From Nitrospirota bacterium (GTDB lineage: Bacteria > Nitrospirota > UBA9217): a stretch of DNA of 64,000 nucleotides. The notes beneath the pieces were generated by a model. The model did not search any database. It had not been told where the DNA came from and saw nothing but the letters and a program-made list of their open reading frames with translations. The stretch spans positions 156,678-220,677 of the forward strand of contig JAOUEV010000001.1 in NCBI GenBank assembly GCA_029858565.1. Reading direction: 5' to 3'. Below are positions 8,109-17,894 of this stretch, piece by piece. The position numbers were made by a program, and so were the translations under genes. How positions within the stretch are numbered: position 1 is the first letter of the stretch; every line of letters begins with the position of its first letter.

Positions 8109-11100
8109 TCCATCTTCCTCTGGCTTACAAAGGCGCCATCGCATTTATACTGCACATCAACAGTGTTCTTTCGGTCCCCTGCTCCGGAACCCTGAAGCAG
8201 GTAGAGGATCCGCTGGGGCTGCTGGTCAACGGTGAGATCAAAGACCACGGCCCCGTTCCTGACAGCGCTGTTCCTGTTCGCCCAGAGAAGCTTCACGTCT
8301 TTGGGGAGAGGCACCGATATCCGCGCAGCGACCTGACCCGCGGCGGCGGCAACGGACAGATGGCCAGGGATGACCGTCCCACTCTCATCCGGCCGGGGGA
8401 CCGAAGTGAAAATGACCGCGCGCACCAGAAGGCTGTAAGGCGTTGACGTTCCGGCGGCCAGCGCGGAACGGATAAGGGAGAAGGGCATGACAATGAGCTT
8501 TCCGGCGCCTTCGGTAGCCGCGAGGACCGCGGGCTGATCGTTGGAGTAGACCGCGACGGCCCTGCCTTCTTTCCGCGAAGGGATAAAGGCCGGCTTGCCG
8601 AAGGGGAGGGTCCCGTTCAGGCCGAGGGGGGAATCGCCGGGGAAGGTTATGTATGCGGCATCGGCCGCAGTCGCGTACTGGAACCCGAACTGTTCGGCAA
8701 GGGAGCGGGAACGGTCATTGGAGCCGGACAGGACCACGACATGGCCGCGGCCGAGAACCGTGCGGAGCGTTTCCAGCGTGTCGAGGGTGCTGTCGATGTC
8801 GATCAGCAGGTACATGGTATAAAGTCCGGTCAAAGCCTCGCGGGAAAACGCTTCCGCCGAAGTGACGGTCTTGAGGTAAATGCCCTCCTGGGCAAAGGCT
8901 TCGCGGAGCAGCTTTTCGGAAAGAGCGCGTTCGATCGACGTGTCGCTCTCTCCGCCGGTCCAGACAAGGAGCCGCGGAAGTGGCGCTGCTATCGGCGTCA
9001 CCACGACCGGTCCCCGCACGACCAGAGGCCGCTCGTCGAGGAGGACGTCGCCGCTGGTGCCCGGTTTATTCCCGATCACCGACGCCCGCAGGGAAATGGC
9101 ATAGTCCCCTCCGGGAAAGTCCACGCGGGCGATCTGATGGGTCTGTTCGCCCATGACCAGAGGCAGCTGAATGGCATGGACCCGCTGGCCGATCCCCGCG
9201 GTCCGGATCTCGAGTTTGACCGAGCCGCCGGTGAAGGGAATGGTTCCGCTATTGCGGACAGCATAGCGCACCAGGAGCGGCTGGCATGGAGATGCCACGG
9301 GGTCGGTTCCGGCGAGCGAACCTTTGACCGAAAGTGTCGGTCTGATGACCAGTCCCACGGAATCCGCCGAAAGGACCGTGCCGCTCACTTCGGTCCGCGC
9401 GTCGACCAGGTAGACGCCCTCCTGCAGCGCTCCAGAAGCCAGAGACCGGTCGAACTGCCGCATGCCGCCCGATTCGAAGGCCACCACGGGAACAGACTCG
9501 GTGGAAACCGCTTTGCCCGACGGATCGCTGATATGGAGCGTAAGGTTCAGCAGGGGGATGGTCCGTGCCGTGAAGTTGGCGACCGCGACCTGGTAATTGA
9601 TCTCGTCGTCTGCGGCAAAGGATTCCTGCCGGGGTATGACCTCCAGAAGAACATCGGGGATCTCGAGCGCCAGGGCGAACTGGTTGTTGCTTTTGTCGGT
9701 CTCCAGGACAGCATTCTCGCTGTCCACGGCGGCCGTGAGCGAACGGGCACCCGCTTTTCCCGCGAGTTTCCAGGGTACAACAATGACATGCTGGCTTCCC
9801 GGTTCGAGCGGCGGGACCTCAAAGTGCGTGATGCGCTGTCCCCCTTTGCCCGGATCGCCTTCGTAGAGCGAGGCCCTGGCCTTGCCCGAAGGCACTTTGC
9901 CGCGGTTCGCGACGCCGACACCGATCTCCATGAAAGGCGCTTTTATCGCCGAGACCTGGATGGTCGCGATCAGGTCCGGAAGCCGGGCGCCGAAGGTGAT
10001 TGCTGCTTCGCGGCTGTCTCCGGGTCCGCTGGAGGAAAGCGCGGCGCCGATGCGGTGCACGCCCTGGGTCATCCGGCCGGGGGTGAACGATATCTTTGCG
10101 ATCCCGGGTTTCGGGAACTTCTCCCGCTGCACCCGCTTGCCGTCGACCAGGAGTTCCAGTGCCGCTCTGGTCCTGATGTAGGCTGTCGCGGACATGACGA
10201 TAGGGCCGCGTGCCTCGTAATAGACCGGCCTGTCCGTTGAGAGCGCCAGGATCGCAGCCTCGCCTGCATCGATGAACAGCTGGCCGGAGGAAAGATCCCT
10301 CGGCTCATCAGGGAAACCGGGACCCTCGGGAAGAACCGCCGCGATATTATAGCGGAGGCGCCAGATACCGGCGCGGTCCATTGCCGCGGGGAGCGCAAGG
10401 GAAAGGTCATTGGGGCCGGAGGTCAGGTTGATCGACCTTGTCTGTTCAGCCCGCTGCCGGCCCGCGGGATCAATGAGCCGAAGCCGGATGACCGCCGGGA
10501 GCCCGGCGGAGGACTCGACGCGGAGGACGGCCTGTGCCTGCGGCCCTGCGCCTGCTTCCCAGCGGATGTCGGTGCACCGCGCCTCCGCGCCGATGATCGC
10601 GACAGAGAGCGTTCCCTCGCGGCGGCCGCCGGTCCGGGTGAGAAAAGCCCAGGACAGGGGGTACAAGCCCGAAGGAAGGCCTTCGGGGATAATGATCTCA
10701 AAGCTCCGGTTTGAGCTGATATGCTCGCTCATTTCCGTTCCCAGGGCGCTGAAGGAAAAGGCGCCGAGCCCCAATCCCGTTGCAGAGATCCGGGCCTTTT
10801 GTCCGGGCGCATACCAGGGACGGTCAAAGGAGACATTGCCGCCAGTCGCTGTTCCGGGATCCACGGCGCCCCTGGCCAGTGATCTGCCGCTGGCGTGGTA
10901 GACCGCGTACACGACCGGCGACGGGTCTGCGGCGCCGTCCATATCAAAGACAACCTCGGTCCGCTCTCCGGTCAACTGGAAATATCTTTCCTGCCCGGCT
11001 GCGCGTGCAATAAGGTCTGCGGCGGCTGTTGTTGCCCCCGTCCTTCTGATGTCCAGAAGAAGCCGGAGGCCGCCGCGCTGCGCGGTCACGGACGGCTGCA

Positions 11101-12307
11101 CGGAGATGCCGAGGGGCGCTGCGGGGTAGGGTTTTGCCTGGGGAGGCACCGTGGACAGCGCTGCACGCGAGGTCACTGCGAACCATCCTTCCGATGACTC
11201 GCTCAAGGGGGAAAGGACCCGCTTCCCGTCGTGCAGGCGGTACTGGAGATGATAGATCCCCGGTTCGGCGTCGCGGGGGAACGTGGCGGAATAGGACAGA
11301 AGCGCGGTCTGTCCCGCTGCAACGTTAAGGTGGAAGATGGCCTCATCGCGGCGTCTGTCCGGTGAAGGGCCGACGATCCGCACGCCGACGATCTCAGCAG
11401 TGCCGGCTTCAGGACCGCTTATCCTGAGGGTTGCGGCCACCGGTTCCCCGGGAACCGCGGTCCGCACCTTACCTCCCGCTTTTGCCCAGAGCACCAGATC
11501 GCGCACCAGTTCCTGCTCTTCAGCATGGAGCTGGCCACGGGCAGCGGAGTAATCGCTCATGAGCGTCGTGGCCGCGACCCATCCTTTTCCCAGGGGATAG
11601 ACGATCAGGGTGGCGCGGCCGTCGGGACGGGCCAGCAGGACCTGCCCTTCTTCAGGGTAACCGGTCAGATAGCCGTCGGTCTCCAGCGCAGGCGATGTCC
11701 TTCGCTGCGATGCCAGTGCCGGGTGGGATGCACGGAGCAGCGATGCCCTGAACAGCGATCCGCTGTCCTCGGCCCAGCCCACGCCGGTGATCCCGGTCGT
11801 AGCGTTTTCCGGGACCGGCAGGCTGGCGAAGTCCGCGCCGGTCTGCTGGGTGAAGCAGATCACCACGCCCCCGGAGCGAACATACTCGGCGAGACCCGCC
11901 TGAAAGTACCGTGATGCGCGCAGTCCTGCCAGGCCGCCCGAGGGAATGAGCAGGACCGGTTTGTGGGAGGCCAGTCCCGCGACGTCGCCGGGTTCCACGA
12001 ACAGCAAGGATTCCCGGAACCCGGCCAGCATCCCGGGCCAGGGCGCGGAGAGCCCGTTCCGCAGAACAGCGATATCCGGGCCTGCCTTGATCTCCTCCGC
12101 AAGGGTCTGGTCGATAATGCCCTTGCGAAAGCCGGTCCGCAGGGACCACGAGGGCTCGGGTTCCGGCTGCTGAAGCGCGGGAGCGACGCCCATCCACGGT
12201 CCGCCGGGGTGGTCAGCGAGCGAAAGGGGGTCCTGGGCCGGAGCGGAAGAAGGCACTCCCGTCAGGAGCGAGACAAAGAGTATGACGATGATCGAGATGC
12301 GATTCAT
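8105..12307 (-). CDS. Large secreted multidomain protein with a CARDB (Ig-like) domain, about 1400 aa
   Basis: Signal peptide MNRISIIVILFVSLL...APA; LPDL...VANRG...YEGDP...VDSENAVLETDKSNN CARDB motif; GATase-like segments near both ends. Confidence 0.8.
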   Translation of the reverse strand: MNRISIIVILFVSLLTGVPSSAPAQDPLSLADHPGGPWMGVAPALQQPEPEPSWSLRTGFRKGIIDQTLAEEIKAGPDIAVLRNGLSAPWPGMLAGFRESLLFVEPGDVAGLASHKPVLLIPSGGLAGLRASRYFQAGLAEYVRSGGVVICFTQQTGADFASLPVPENATTGITGVGWAEDSGSLFRASLLRASHPALASQRRTSPALETDGYLTGYPEEGQVLLARPDGRATLIVYPLGKGWVAATTLMSDYSAARGQLHAEEQELVRDLVLWAKAGGKVRTAVPGEPVAATLRISGPEAGTAEIVGVRIVGPSPDRRRDEAIFHLNVAAGQTALLSYSATFPRDAEPGIYHLQYRLHDGKRVLSPLSESSEGWFAVTSRAALSTVPPQAKPYPAAPLGISVQPSVTAQRGGLRLLLDIRRTGATTAAADLIARAAGQERYFQLTGERTEVVFDMDGAADPSPVVYAVYHASGRSLARGAVDPGTATGGNVSFDRPWYAPGQKARISATGLGLGAFSFSALGTEMSEHISSNRSFEIIIPEGLPSGLYPLSWAFLTRTGGRREGTLSVAIIGAEARCTDIRWEAGAGPQAQAVLRVESSAGLPAVIRLRLIDPAGRQRAEQTRSINLTSGPNDLSLALPAAMDRAGIWRLRYNIAAVLPEGPGFPDEPRDLSSGQLFIDAGEAAILALSTDRPVYYEARGPIVMSATAYIRTRAALELLVDGKRVQREKFPKPGIAKISFTPGRMTQGVHRIGAALSSSGPGDSREAAITFGARLPDLIATIQVSAIKAPFMEIGVGVANRGKVPSGKARASLYEGDPGKGGQRITHFEVPPLEPGSQHVIVVPWKLAGKAGARSLTAAVDSENAVLETDKSNNQFALALEIPDVLLEVIPRQESFAADDEINYQVAVANFTARTIPLLNLTLHISDPSGKAVSTESVPVVAFESGGMRQFDRSLASGALQEGVYLVDARTEVSGTVLSADSVGLVIRPTLSVKGSLAGTDPVASPCQPLLVRYAVRNSGTIPFTGGSVKLEIRTAGIGQRVHAIQLPLVMGEQTHQIARVDFPGGDYAISLRASVIGNKPGTSGDVLLDERPLVVRGPVVVTPIAAPLPRLLVWTGGESDTSIERALSEKLLREAFAQEGIYLKTVTSAEAFSREALTGLYTMYLLIDIDSTLDTLETLRTVLGRGHVVVLSGSNDRSRSLAEQFGFQYATAADAAYITFPGDSPLGLNGTLPFGKPAFIPSRKEGRAVAVYSNDQPAVLAATEGAGKLIVMPFSLIRSALAAGTSTPYSLLVRAVIFTSVPRPDESGTVIPGHLSVAAAAGQVAARISVPLPKDVKLLWANRNSAVRNGAVVFDLTVDQQPQRILYLLQGSGAGDRKNTVDVQYKCDGAFVSQRKME

Positions 12308-12337
12308 AGGAATTATCAGGCCGTGAGATGGATGCCC

Positions 12338-12418
12338 TGAGACGTGAAATGGCAGAGGTGAGACGCGATTTTCCGGACGACCCGGCGATTTTCTCCTCAC
12401 GCCTGACGTCTTGCCTTT
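12338..12418. repeat. Inverted heptamer arrays (TGAGACG type) between gspE and the CARDB gene
   Basis: tgagacg tgaaatg gcagagg tgagacg ... cctcacg cctgacg tcttgcc. Confidence 0.6.
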
Positions 12419-12427
12419 CCGGTGGCG

Positions 12428-14146
12428 CTACTCAATGAACGTGACCCGGTTGATCTCCTTGAGCGTGGTATCTCCGGCCAGGACCTTTGTGACGGCGGAC
12501 TGGCGCAGGGTGGTCATGCCTTCGGCAATGGCGATCTTTCTGATCTCCGAGGACGGCCGTTTCTCAAGGATCATCTCACGGATGCGGTCCGAGAGGTCGA
12601 GGAATTCGGTGATAGCTTTCCGTCCGCGGAAGCCCGTGTAGTTGCATTCTTTGCAGCCCGCGGCGTCGAAAAACTCATGGTCACGATAGCGTTCGAACTC
12701 CAGGGCCGAGTCTTCAAGGTCCTTCCGCGCCAGGGTTACCTTCTTTTTGCAGCGCGGACAGAGCATGCGGACCAGGCGCTGGGCCAGGATGCAGTTCAGC
12801 GCGGAAACGAAGTTGTACGGCTCGATGCCCATGTTCAGGAAGCGGCCGAGCACATCAAAGGCATTGTTCGCGTGGACCGTGGTGAACACGAGGTGGCCGG
12901 TCAGCGCCGACTGGACGGCGATCTGGGCGGTCTCGGCGTCGCGGATCTCGCCGACAAGGATCTTGTCCGGGTCGTGGCGCAGGATCGACCGGAGGCCGCG
13001 CGCAAAGGTGAGGCCCTTCTTCTCGTTCACCGGGATCTGGACCACGCCGCGGAGCTGGTATTCAACCGGATCCTCGATGGTGATGATCTTGTCCTCGCCC
13101 GTGTTGATCTCCGTGAGCGCCGCGTAGAGCGTGGTCGTCTTGCCGCTGCCCGTGGGTCCGGTGACGAGCACCATGCCATAGGGTTCCCGAATGCTCTTCC
13201 GGAACCGCTTGAGATCGTTCTCATCGTGTCCCAGGCTTTCGAGCTTGAGGGTGCTCACGCCGGCGGTGATGGATTCCTTGTCCAGGATGCGGATCACGAT
13301 GTCCTCGCCGAAGGACGAGGGCATGATCGAGACGCGGAAGTCGATCGTCTTGCCGGCGGTTCGGAGCTTGAACCGACCGTCCTGGGGCACGCGGCGTTCG
13401 GCGATGTCCAGATCGCTCATGACCTTGATGCGCGACACGATTGCGCTGTGATACGCCATGTCAATGGGCTCGGTCGCCGGGTAGAGGACGCCGTCGATGC
13501 GGTACTTGATGATGACGTTCTTGTCCGTGGCCTCGATATGGATGTCGCTGGCCCTGCGCTGGATGGCGTCGAAGACCGTGGTATGGACCAGCTTGATGAT
13601 GGGGCTCTCGTCCTTGTCGATGGTTTCGAGCGACAGGACCTCCTCGCCGTCCTCCTGCTCCTTCACGATCTGGAACTTGAAGTCCTCGGACATCTCGTGG
13701 AGCACCCGCTCCGACGTGCCGCTCCGTTTGAGCGTGTCATCGATCGCCGACGGAGAGCTGACACACACCTCGATCTGGCGCTGGAGCAGCATCTCCAGTT
13801 CGTCGATGGCCGGGATATTGTTCGGGTCCGCCATGGTGATCACCAGCGTCTCGCCCGAGTCCTCCAAGGGCACGAACTGGTAGCGCTGCATCACGTCCAC
13901 GGAGATCAGCTCGTTGAACTTGGGATTGATGCGGAAATCCGTGAGGTCAACGTACCGGAGATCGCGCTGCTCGGCAAGGGACTGCGCGAGCATCTCCTCG
14001 GTGATCAGTCCTTCGGCAAGGAGGATCTCGCCGATGCGCTTCTGGCGGTTGTCCGACTTTGCCAGGGTCTCGTCGATGCGGGCGGCGCTGACGACCCCTT
14101 TTGCGGCGAGGATCTCGCCCAACCTTCTCCTGCGGAACGACGTCAT
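12428..14146 (-). CDS. gspE: GspE/PilB secretion ATPase
   Basis: RLGEIL (MshEN-like), GPTGSGKTT, TIEDPVEY, LRHDPDKILVGEIRD, HLVFTTVH, CxxC...CxxC. Confidence 0.92.
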   Translation of the reverse strand: MTSFRRRRLGEILAAKGVVSAARIDETLAKSDNRQKRIGEILLAEGLITEEMLAQSLAEQRDLRYVDLTDFRINPKFNELISVDVMQRYQFVPLEDSGETLVITMADPNNIPAIDELEMLLQRQIEVCVSSPSAIDDTLKRSGTSERVLHEMSEDFKFQIVKEQEDGEEVLSLETIDKDESPIIKLVHTTVFDAIQRRASDIHIEATDKNVIIKYRIDGVLYPATEPIDMAYHSAIVSRIKVMSDLDIAERRVPQDGRFKLRTAGKTIDFRVSIMPSSFGEDIVIRILDKESITAGVSTLKLESLGHDENDLKRFRKSIREPYGMVLVTGPTGSGKTTTLYAALTEINTGEDKIITIEDPVEYQLRGVVQIPVNEKKGLTFARGLRSILRHDPDKILVGEIRDAETAQIAVQSALTGHLVFTTVHANNAFDVLGRFLNMGIEPYNFVSALNCILAQRLVRMLCPRCKKKVTLARKDLEDSALEFERYRDHEFFDAAGCKECNYTGFRGRKAITEFLDLSDRIREMILEKRPSSEIRKIAIAEGMTTLRQSAVTKVLAGDTTLKEINRVTFIE

Positions 14147-15333
14147 TTTATTCTCGCCCCCATTTCGAAGATCGGCAGATAAAGAGCCACCACGATCACG
14201 GCGATCACGACGCCCATGGTAAGCATGAGCACCGGTTCGATCATGGTCGTGAGCATGGTGAGGCGGCTCTCGACCTCCTGTTCATAGAAATCCGATACAT
14301 CCTCGAGCATCTGCGGCAGGTCGCCTGACGATTCCCCCACCTCGATCATGCGCACGGTCATGTCCGGCGCCAGCCTGGTGCGCTCAAAGGAGTTGGCCAG
14401 GCCGACGCCCTCGGTCAGGAGCTGGCGTGACTCCCGCAGACGAAGCGCGATAACTCGGTTCGCCACCACGCCTGCCGTGGTGTCCAGCGCCTGGACCAGC
14501 GGAATGCCCCCCCGGAGCAGCGTGGCCAGGGTCCGCGTGAGCTGGGCAAGGATATACTGCATCAGGAGCGACCGCACGAGGGGAATGGCGAGGACAAGCC
14601 GGTCGACGGACATCCGTCCCTGATCCGTGCGGTACCACAGGCGAAGCCCGATGCCGCCGCCGACGATCAACAGCGCCAGGAAGGGCGCCAGAGCGGACAG
14701 CGTGTCAGCGAACCCGATCATCAGGGTGGTGAGGAACGGGAGCTTGCCGCCCTGGTCGCTGTACATCTGGGTGAAGTTGGGGATGATATACAGGAAAAAG
14801 AGCATGATCACCGCGAAGAGCGCGAGGACCAGAAAAACAGGATATGCCAGCGCCGTGACAAGCTTCCGCTGGACCGCCAGCATCCGTTTCTGATAGGTGA
14901 TATATCGGGTCAGCACGTCGACCAGTGCGCCGCTCTGCTCTCCCGATCGGACCGTCGCGGTGAACAGCGGCGGAAAGAACAGCGGATGCGCGGCCATGGC
15001 GTCGGAAAGCGCGGTTCCGCCGCGGACGGCATCGATAATGCCTGCCAGCGCAGATCTGAGCCCCGGCTGCTCCATGCGGCGGTGCAGGATCTCAAGGGCC
15101 TGCAGTATCGGCAGGCCTGCTTTCACCAGGGTCATCAGTTCCTGGTTGAAGATCAGGAAGTCCTTCTGGCTGGCCCTGCCGCCGGACATGCCGGTCTTCT
15201 TTTTCTGCAGGCTCAGCACCAGGAGACCACGCGCTTCAAGAAGCAGGCGCGCTTCTGAAGCCGTAGGCGCCGTCAATTCGTCGGATAGCGACGTGCCGTC
15301 CTCGCGGACCGCTTTATAGGTGAATTGAGGCAT
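14143..15333 (-). CDS. gspF: GspF/PilC inner-membrane platform protein
   Basis: AGLPILQAL, GEQSGAL, ALAYP, VGESSGDL, IEP...LYLPIF. Confidence 0.92.
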   Translation of the reverse strand: MPQFTYKAVREDGTSLSDELTAPTASEARLLLEARGLLVLSLQKKKTGMSGGRASQKDFLIFNQELMTLVKAGLPILQALEILHRRMEQPGLRSALAGIIDAVRGGTALSDAMAAHPLFFPPLFTATVRSGEQSGALVDVLTRYITYQKRMLAVQRKLVTALAYPVFLVLALFAVIMLFFLYIIPNFTQMYSDQGGKLPFLTTLMIGFADTLSALAPFLALLIVGGGIGLRLWYRTDQGRMSVDRLVLAIPLVRSLLMQYILAQLTRTLATLLRGGIPLVQALDTTAGVVANRVIALRLRESRQLLTEGVGLANSFERTRLAPDMTVRMIEVGESSGDLPQMLEDVSDFYEQEVESRLTMLTTMIEPVLMLTMGVVIAVIVVALYLPIFEMGARIK

Positions 15334-15341
15334 ACGTATGG

Positions 15342-15370
15342 ATAATACAGATAAATCAAGGGGATGTCAA
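15342..15370 (-). promoter_or_regulatory. sigma70 promoter of the gspF operon
   Basis: TTGACA, 17 nt, TATTAT, then 8 nt to the ATG. Confidence 0.65.
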
Positions 15371-16170
15371 TTGACCTGGCAAATGACATCCCACGCGCCC
15401 ACGATCAATTCCTTGGAAAGGTCCCGCGATCTCGATGACAGCGGCGCAATGTTCCAGGTCCACGATTCGTCGGGTTCCGGCAGGACCAGGCCTCCGATCG
15501 TGGATCCCCTGCTGATGATCGCTCCCGAACCGTCGCGCTTGATGAAACCATGGTCAGCGATGAGGCAGACCGGGCAGGAAAGGGATCGTAATGACGCGTA
15601 GTGGGCTTCGGTGATCCTGCCGCACCACTCATCCACGCGATCAGGGGCAAGCCGGCGCATGCGCTGCGACGCGAAGGTCCGAGGGATGACCCAGAGCTGT
15701 GACAGGATGTTCAGGGAGACAACGAGGCCGGCGTCCTGCTCGTCATCAGGACGGGAAAACAGCGGCTCGGGCAGTTCGCTCAAGCCCTGCACACCGTTCC
15801 TGTACAGCTGTTCCGCAACTCCGGTGACATCATGCTCCGCAAAGGTCACATTGGCGTAGCGCTTCAGTTCCTTCCTTGTCCCCGGAAGGCAGACCACGTC
15901 CTTCAGCGCCACTTCCCGGAACATTGCGGAGAGCGCCGCAAGCGGCAGGTCAAGCAGGAGACCGGAGCCGAGGATGACAACCTTGCCGTTGTCCTGACAT
16001 CGCCTGGCAGCGGACAGGATGAACTGCTGCGTTGCGTCAAGATGGGGCTGCCATGCCTGCTGGTTCGCCCGGGCCCGTGTGCGCATGTCGATCGTCTCGC
16101 TGAGGTAGCCCATGTTGCGGACATAGGGCGAGCAGGCGGTCGTGAGAGATGTGTAGAGGTCGAAAAGCAT
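15367..16170 (-). CDS. Conserved hypothetical protein, possible SAM-dependent methyltransferase fold
   Basis: VVILGSGLLLD Gly-rich motif, HDVTG, VVSLNILSQL. Confidence 0.65.
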   Translation of the reverse strand: MLFDLYTSLTTACSPYVRNMGYLSETIDMRTRARANQQAWQPHLDATQQFILSAARRCQDNGKVVILGSGLLLDLPLAALSAMFREVALKDVVCLPGTRKELKRYANVTFAEHDVTGVAEQLYRNGVQGLSELPEPLFSRPDDEQDAGLVVSLNILSQLWVIPRTFASQRMRRLAPDRVDEWCGRITEAHYASLRSLSCPVCLIADHGFIKRDGSGAIISRGSTIGGLVLPEPDESWTWNIAPLSSRSRDLSKELIVGAWDVICQVN

Positions 16171-16255
16171 GGGAGTGCAGAATTAGCTGGATCCTGACCC
16201 AGAGAAACTGGAAATATCATCTCTGACCCGCCAGGGCCGAGAGGGACTCGTGCTA

Positions 16256-16522
16256 TTATTGCTGCGTTTTACTATGGGTAGTGTCTTTTAACGAGCTTCT
16301 CATGAAGGATAAACTCGTGAGGCTAAATATAATGCCGGCCACATATTTCGTCCATCCATCGCTGGAAAAAGGCAAGCCTATTAACTTATTCAAGTCATCT
16401 AGAAGAGTAAAACCACCCAACGTAATGAGAAAATATATTATGACGAATTCGAGAGGATGGTTGCGGAGCAAGTAGCCGTATTTATTTTCGGTTAATGCAT
16501 TGCGTGTATGCTGGTCTTTCAT
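16256..16522 (-). CDS. Small AT-rich two-TM membrane protein
   Basis: Two hydrophobic helices; visibly AT-rich relative to the window; start uncertain (16522 or 16549). Confidence 0.55.
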   Translation of the reverse strand: MKDQHTRNALTENKYGYLLRNHPLEFVIIYFLITLGGFTLLDDLNKLIGLPFSSDGWTKYVAGIIFSLTSLSFMRSSLKDTTHSKTQQ

Positions 16523-16585
16523 GCGAGGTAGTCCCCTGTGCACTCCCACGTAATTAATCAGTAGATTACATAAGAAATCCTATTG

Positions 16586-16677
16586 TGTCATTGCGAGGAG
16601 CGTTTTTATCGACGCGGCAATCTCGTAGTTTTTGATTTTATGAAATACGAGTTTGCTTCGCTGTGCTCGCAAAGACA
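16586..16677. repeat. Palindromic REP/RPE-like element TGTCATTGCGAG...GCAATC...TTGCTTCG...CTCGCAAAGACA
   Basis: Terminal IR tgtcattgcgag/ctcgcaaagaca with an inner gcaatctcgta/tacgagtttgc stem. Confidence 0.75.
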
Positions 16678-16725
16678 GGAAAAAGACTTTTTCAGTGACC
16701 TGTTTGTGCAATCCAACTAAACGTA

Positions 16726-17769
16726 CTATCTCAGGCTTTTCCAGTATTTTTTCTGATGAGCAATGGCTGTTTCTATGACCTTCGATGCTTTTGGCGCGTC
16801 AGGATCAGACAGGGTCCAGCGGGGGCCGGTCATGGCCTGCAGCACGGAGCGGACGCCTTCGGTCAGTCCTTCAGGGTTGTAGCCGCCTTCCAGCGTGATC
16901 AGCACCCTGCCGCCGCATGCGGCATCGGCAATCTCCCGCGCGATCGTAGCGAGGTTTCCAAACCCGTTGCCGGTCACTTGCATCCCGCCCAGGGGGTCCT
17001 TGACATAGGGATCGAATCCGGCTGACACAAGCACCAGCTGGGGCTTGTACTCCAGCGCGATCGGTCTCAGGATCCGGGAATAGACGGAGATATATTCTTC
17101 ATCGCCGAACCCGGCGGGAAAGGGGGTGTTCACGGTGAACCCTTCGCCGCTTCCGCCGCCGACCTCATCGAATCTGCCGCTGCCGGGGTAATGGGGATAC
17201 TGGTGGGAAGAGAAGAACAGGATGTCGGAGCGGTCATAAAAGGCATGCTGCGTGCCGTTGCCGTGATGCAGGTCCCAATCGATGATCAGGACGCGCTGCA
17301 GTCCGTGTTTTTGAACAGCGTATTCCGCCGCGATCGCGATATTGTTGAACAGGCAGAAGCCCATGGCGCGGTCCTGTTCTGCGTGGTGGCCCGGAGGACG
17401 GACGAAGGCAAAGACCGAAGACGGAGAGACGAGCGACGAGGGACGAGAGACGAGAACGTCAACTGCCTGGAGCAGGCCGCCGGCCGCGAGGCGGGCGATC
17501 TGATAGGAGCGGCTGGAGAGGCCGGTGTCGGGATCGAGCTGGGTGAAGGTCTTTCCGTCGGTCTCCGCGACCCGCTGGATATAGAAGGGATCGTGCACCA
17601 GGGCGAGCTCGTTCTCCGTCGCCAGCCGGGGCTCGATCCGGGGGAGGTCCTTGAACTCCTGATCGATCAGGCGGTGGATGATCCTGAGGCGGTCCGGGCT
17701 CTCGGGATGAAAATCCCCGGGCTGGTGGTCAAGGTACCGTTCATCCTTGATGATCGCAAGAGTGGTCAT
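16726..17769 (-). CDS. Histone deacetylase family (Zn-dependent amidohydrolase)
   Basis: HPESPDRL, RPPGHHA, GFCLFNN, DWDLHHGNGTQ, SAGFD, LEGGY. Confidence 0.93.
   Translation of the reverse strand: MTTLAIIKDERYLDHQPGDFHPESPDRLRIIHRLIDQEFKDLPRIEPRLATENELALVHDPFYIQRVAETDGKTFTQLDPDTGLSSRSYQIARLAAGGLLQAVDVLVSRPSSLVSPSSVFAFVRPPGHHAEQDRAMGFCLFNNIAIAAEYAVQKHGLQRVLIIDWDLHHGNGTQHAFYDRSDILFFSSHQYPHYPGSGRFDEVGGGSGEGFTVNTPFPAGFGDEEYISVYSRILRPIALEYKPQLVLVSAGFDPYVKDPLGGMQVTGNGFGNLATIAREIADAACGGRVLITLEGGYNPEGLTEGVRSVLQAMTGPRWTLSDPDAPKASKVIETAIAHQKKYWKSLR
17420..17454. repeat. GACGAG-N heptamer array translated in-frame inside the HDAC gene
   Basis: gacggag agacgag cgacgag ggacgag agacgag encodes LVSRPSSLVSPS just before AFVRPPGHH. 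Confidence 0.75.
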
Positions 17770-17783
17770 AGAGCAGAAAAGGA

Positions 17784-17861
17784 GATGCGGTGACGCGGTG
17801 ACGCGGAGAACACTACGCTAACCGATACTAATGTCTCACCATGTCTCCCTGTCTCCGTGTC
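17784..17861. repeat. Inverted octamer arrays (GACGCGGT / TGTCTCCG)
   Basis: gatgcggt gacgcggt gacgcgga ... tgtctcacca tgtctccc tgtctccg tgtc. Confidence 0.65.
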
Positions 17862-17894
17862 GTTGTTGCTTCATGATGTCGTTTTGTCAGTCTC

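Noticed and set aside
12422-14182. Long antisense ORFs (also 8741-10240, 20415-21524, 27247-28458, 37022-38287, 43454-45514, 50100-52493)
   Set aside because: They are shadows of well-identified genes caused by high-GC codon bias and carry no family motifs.
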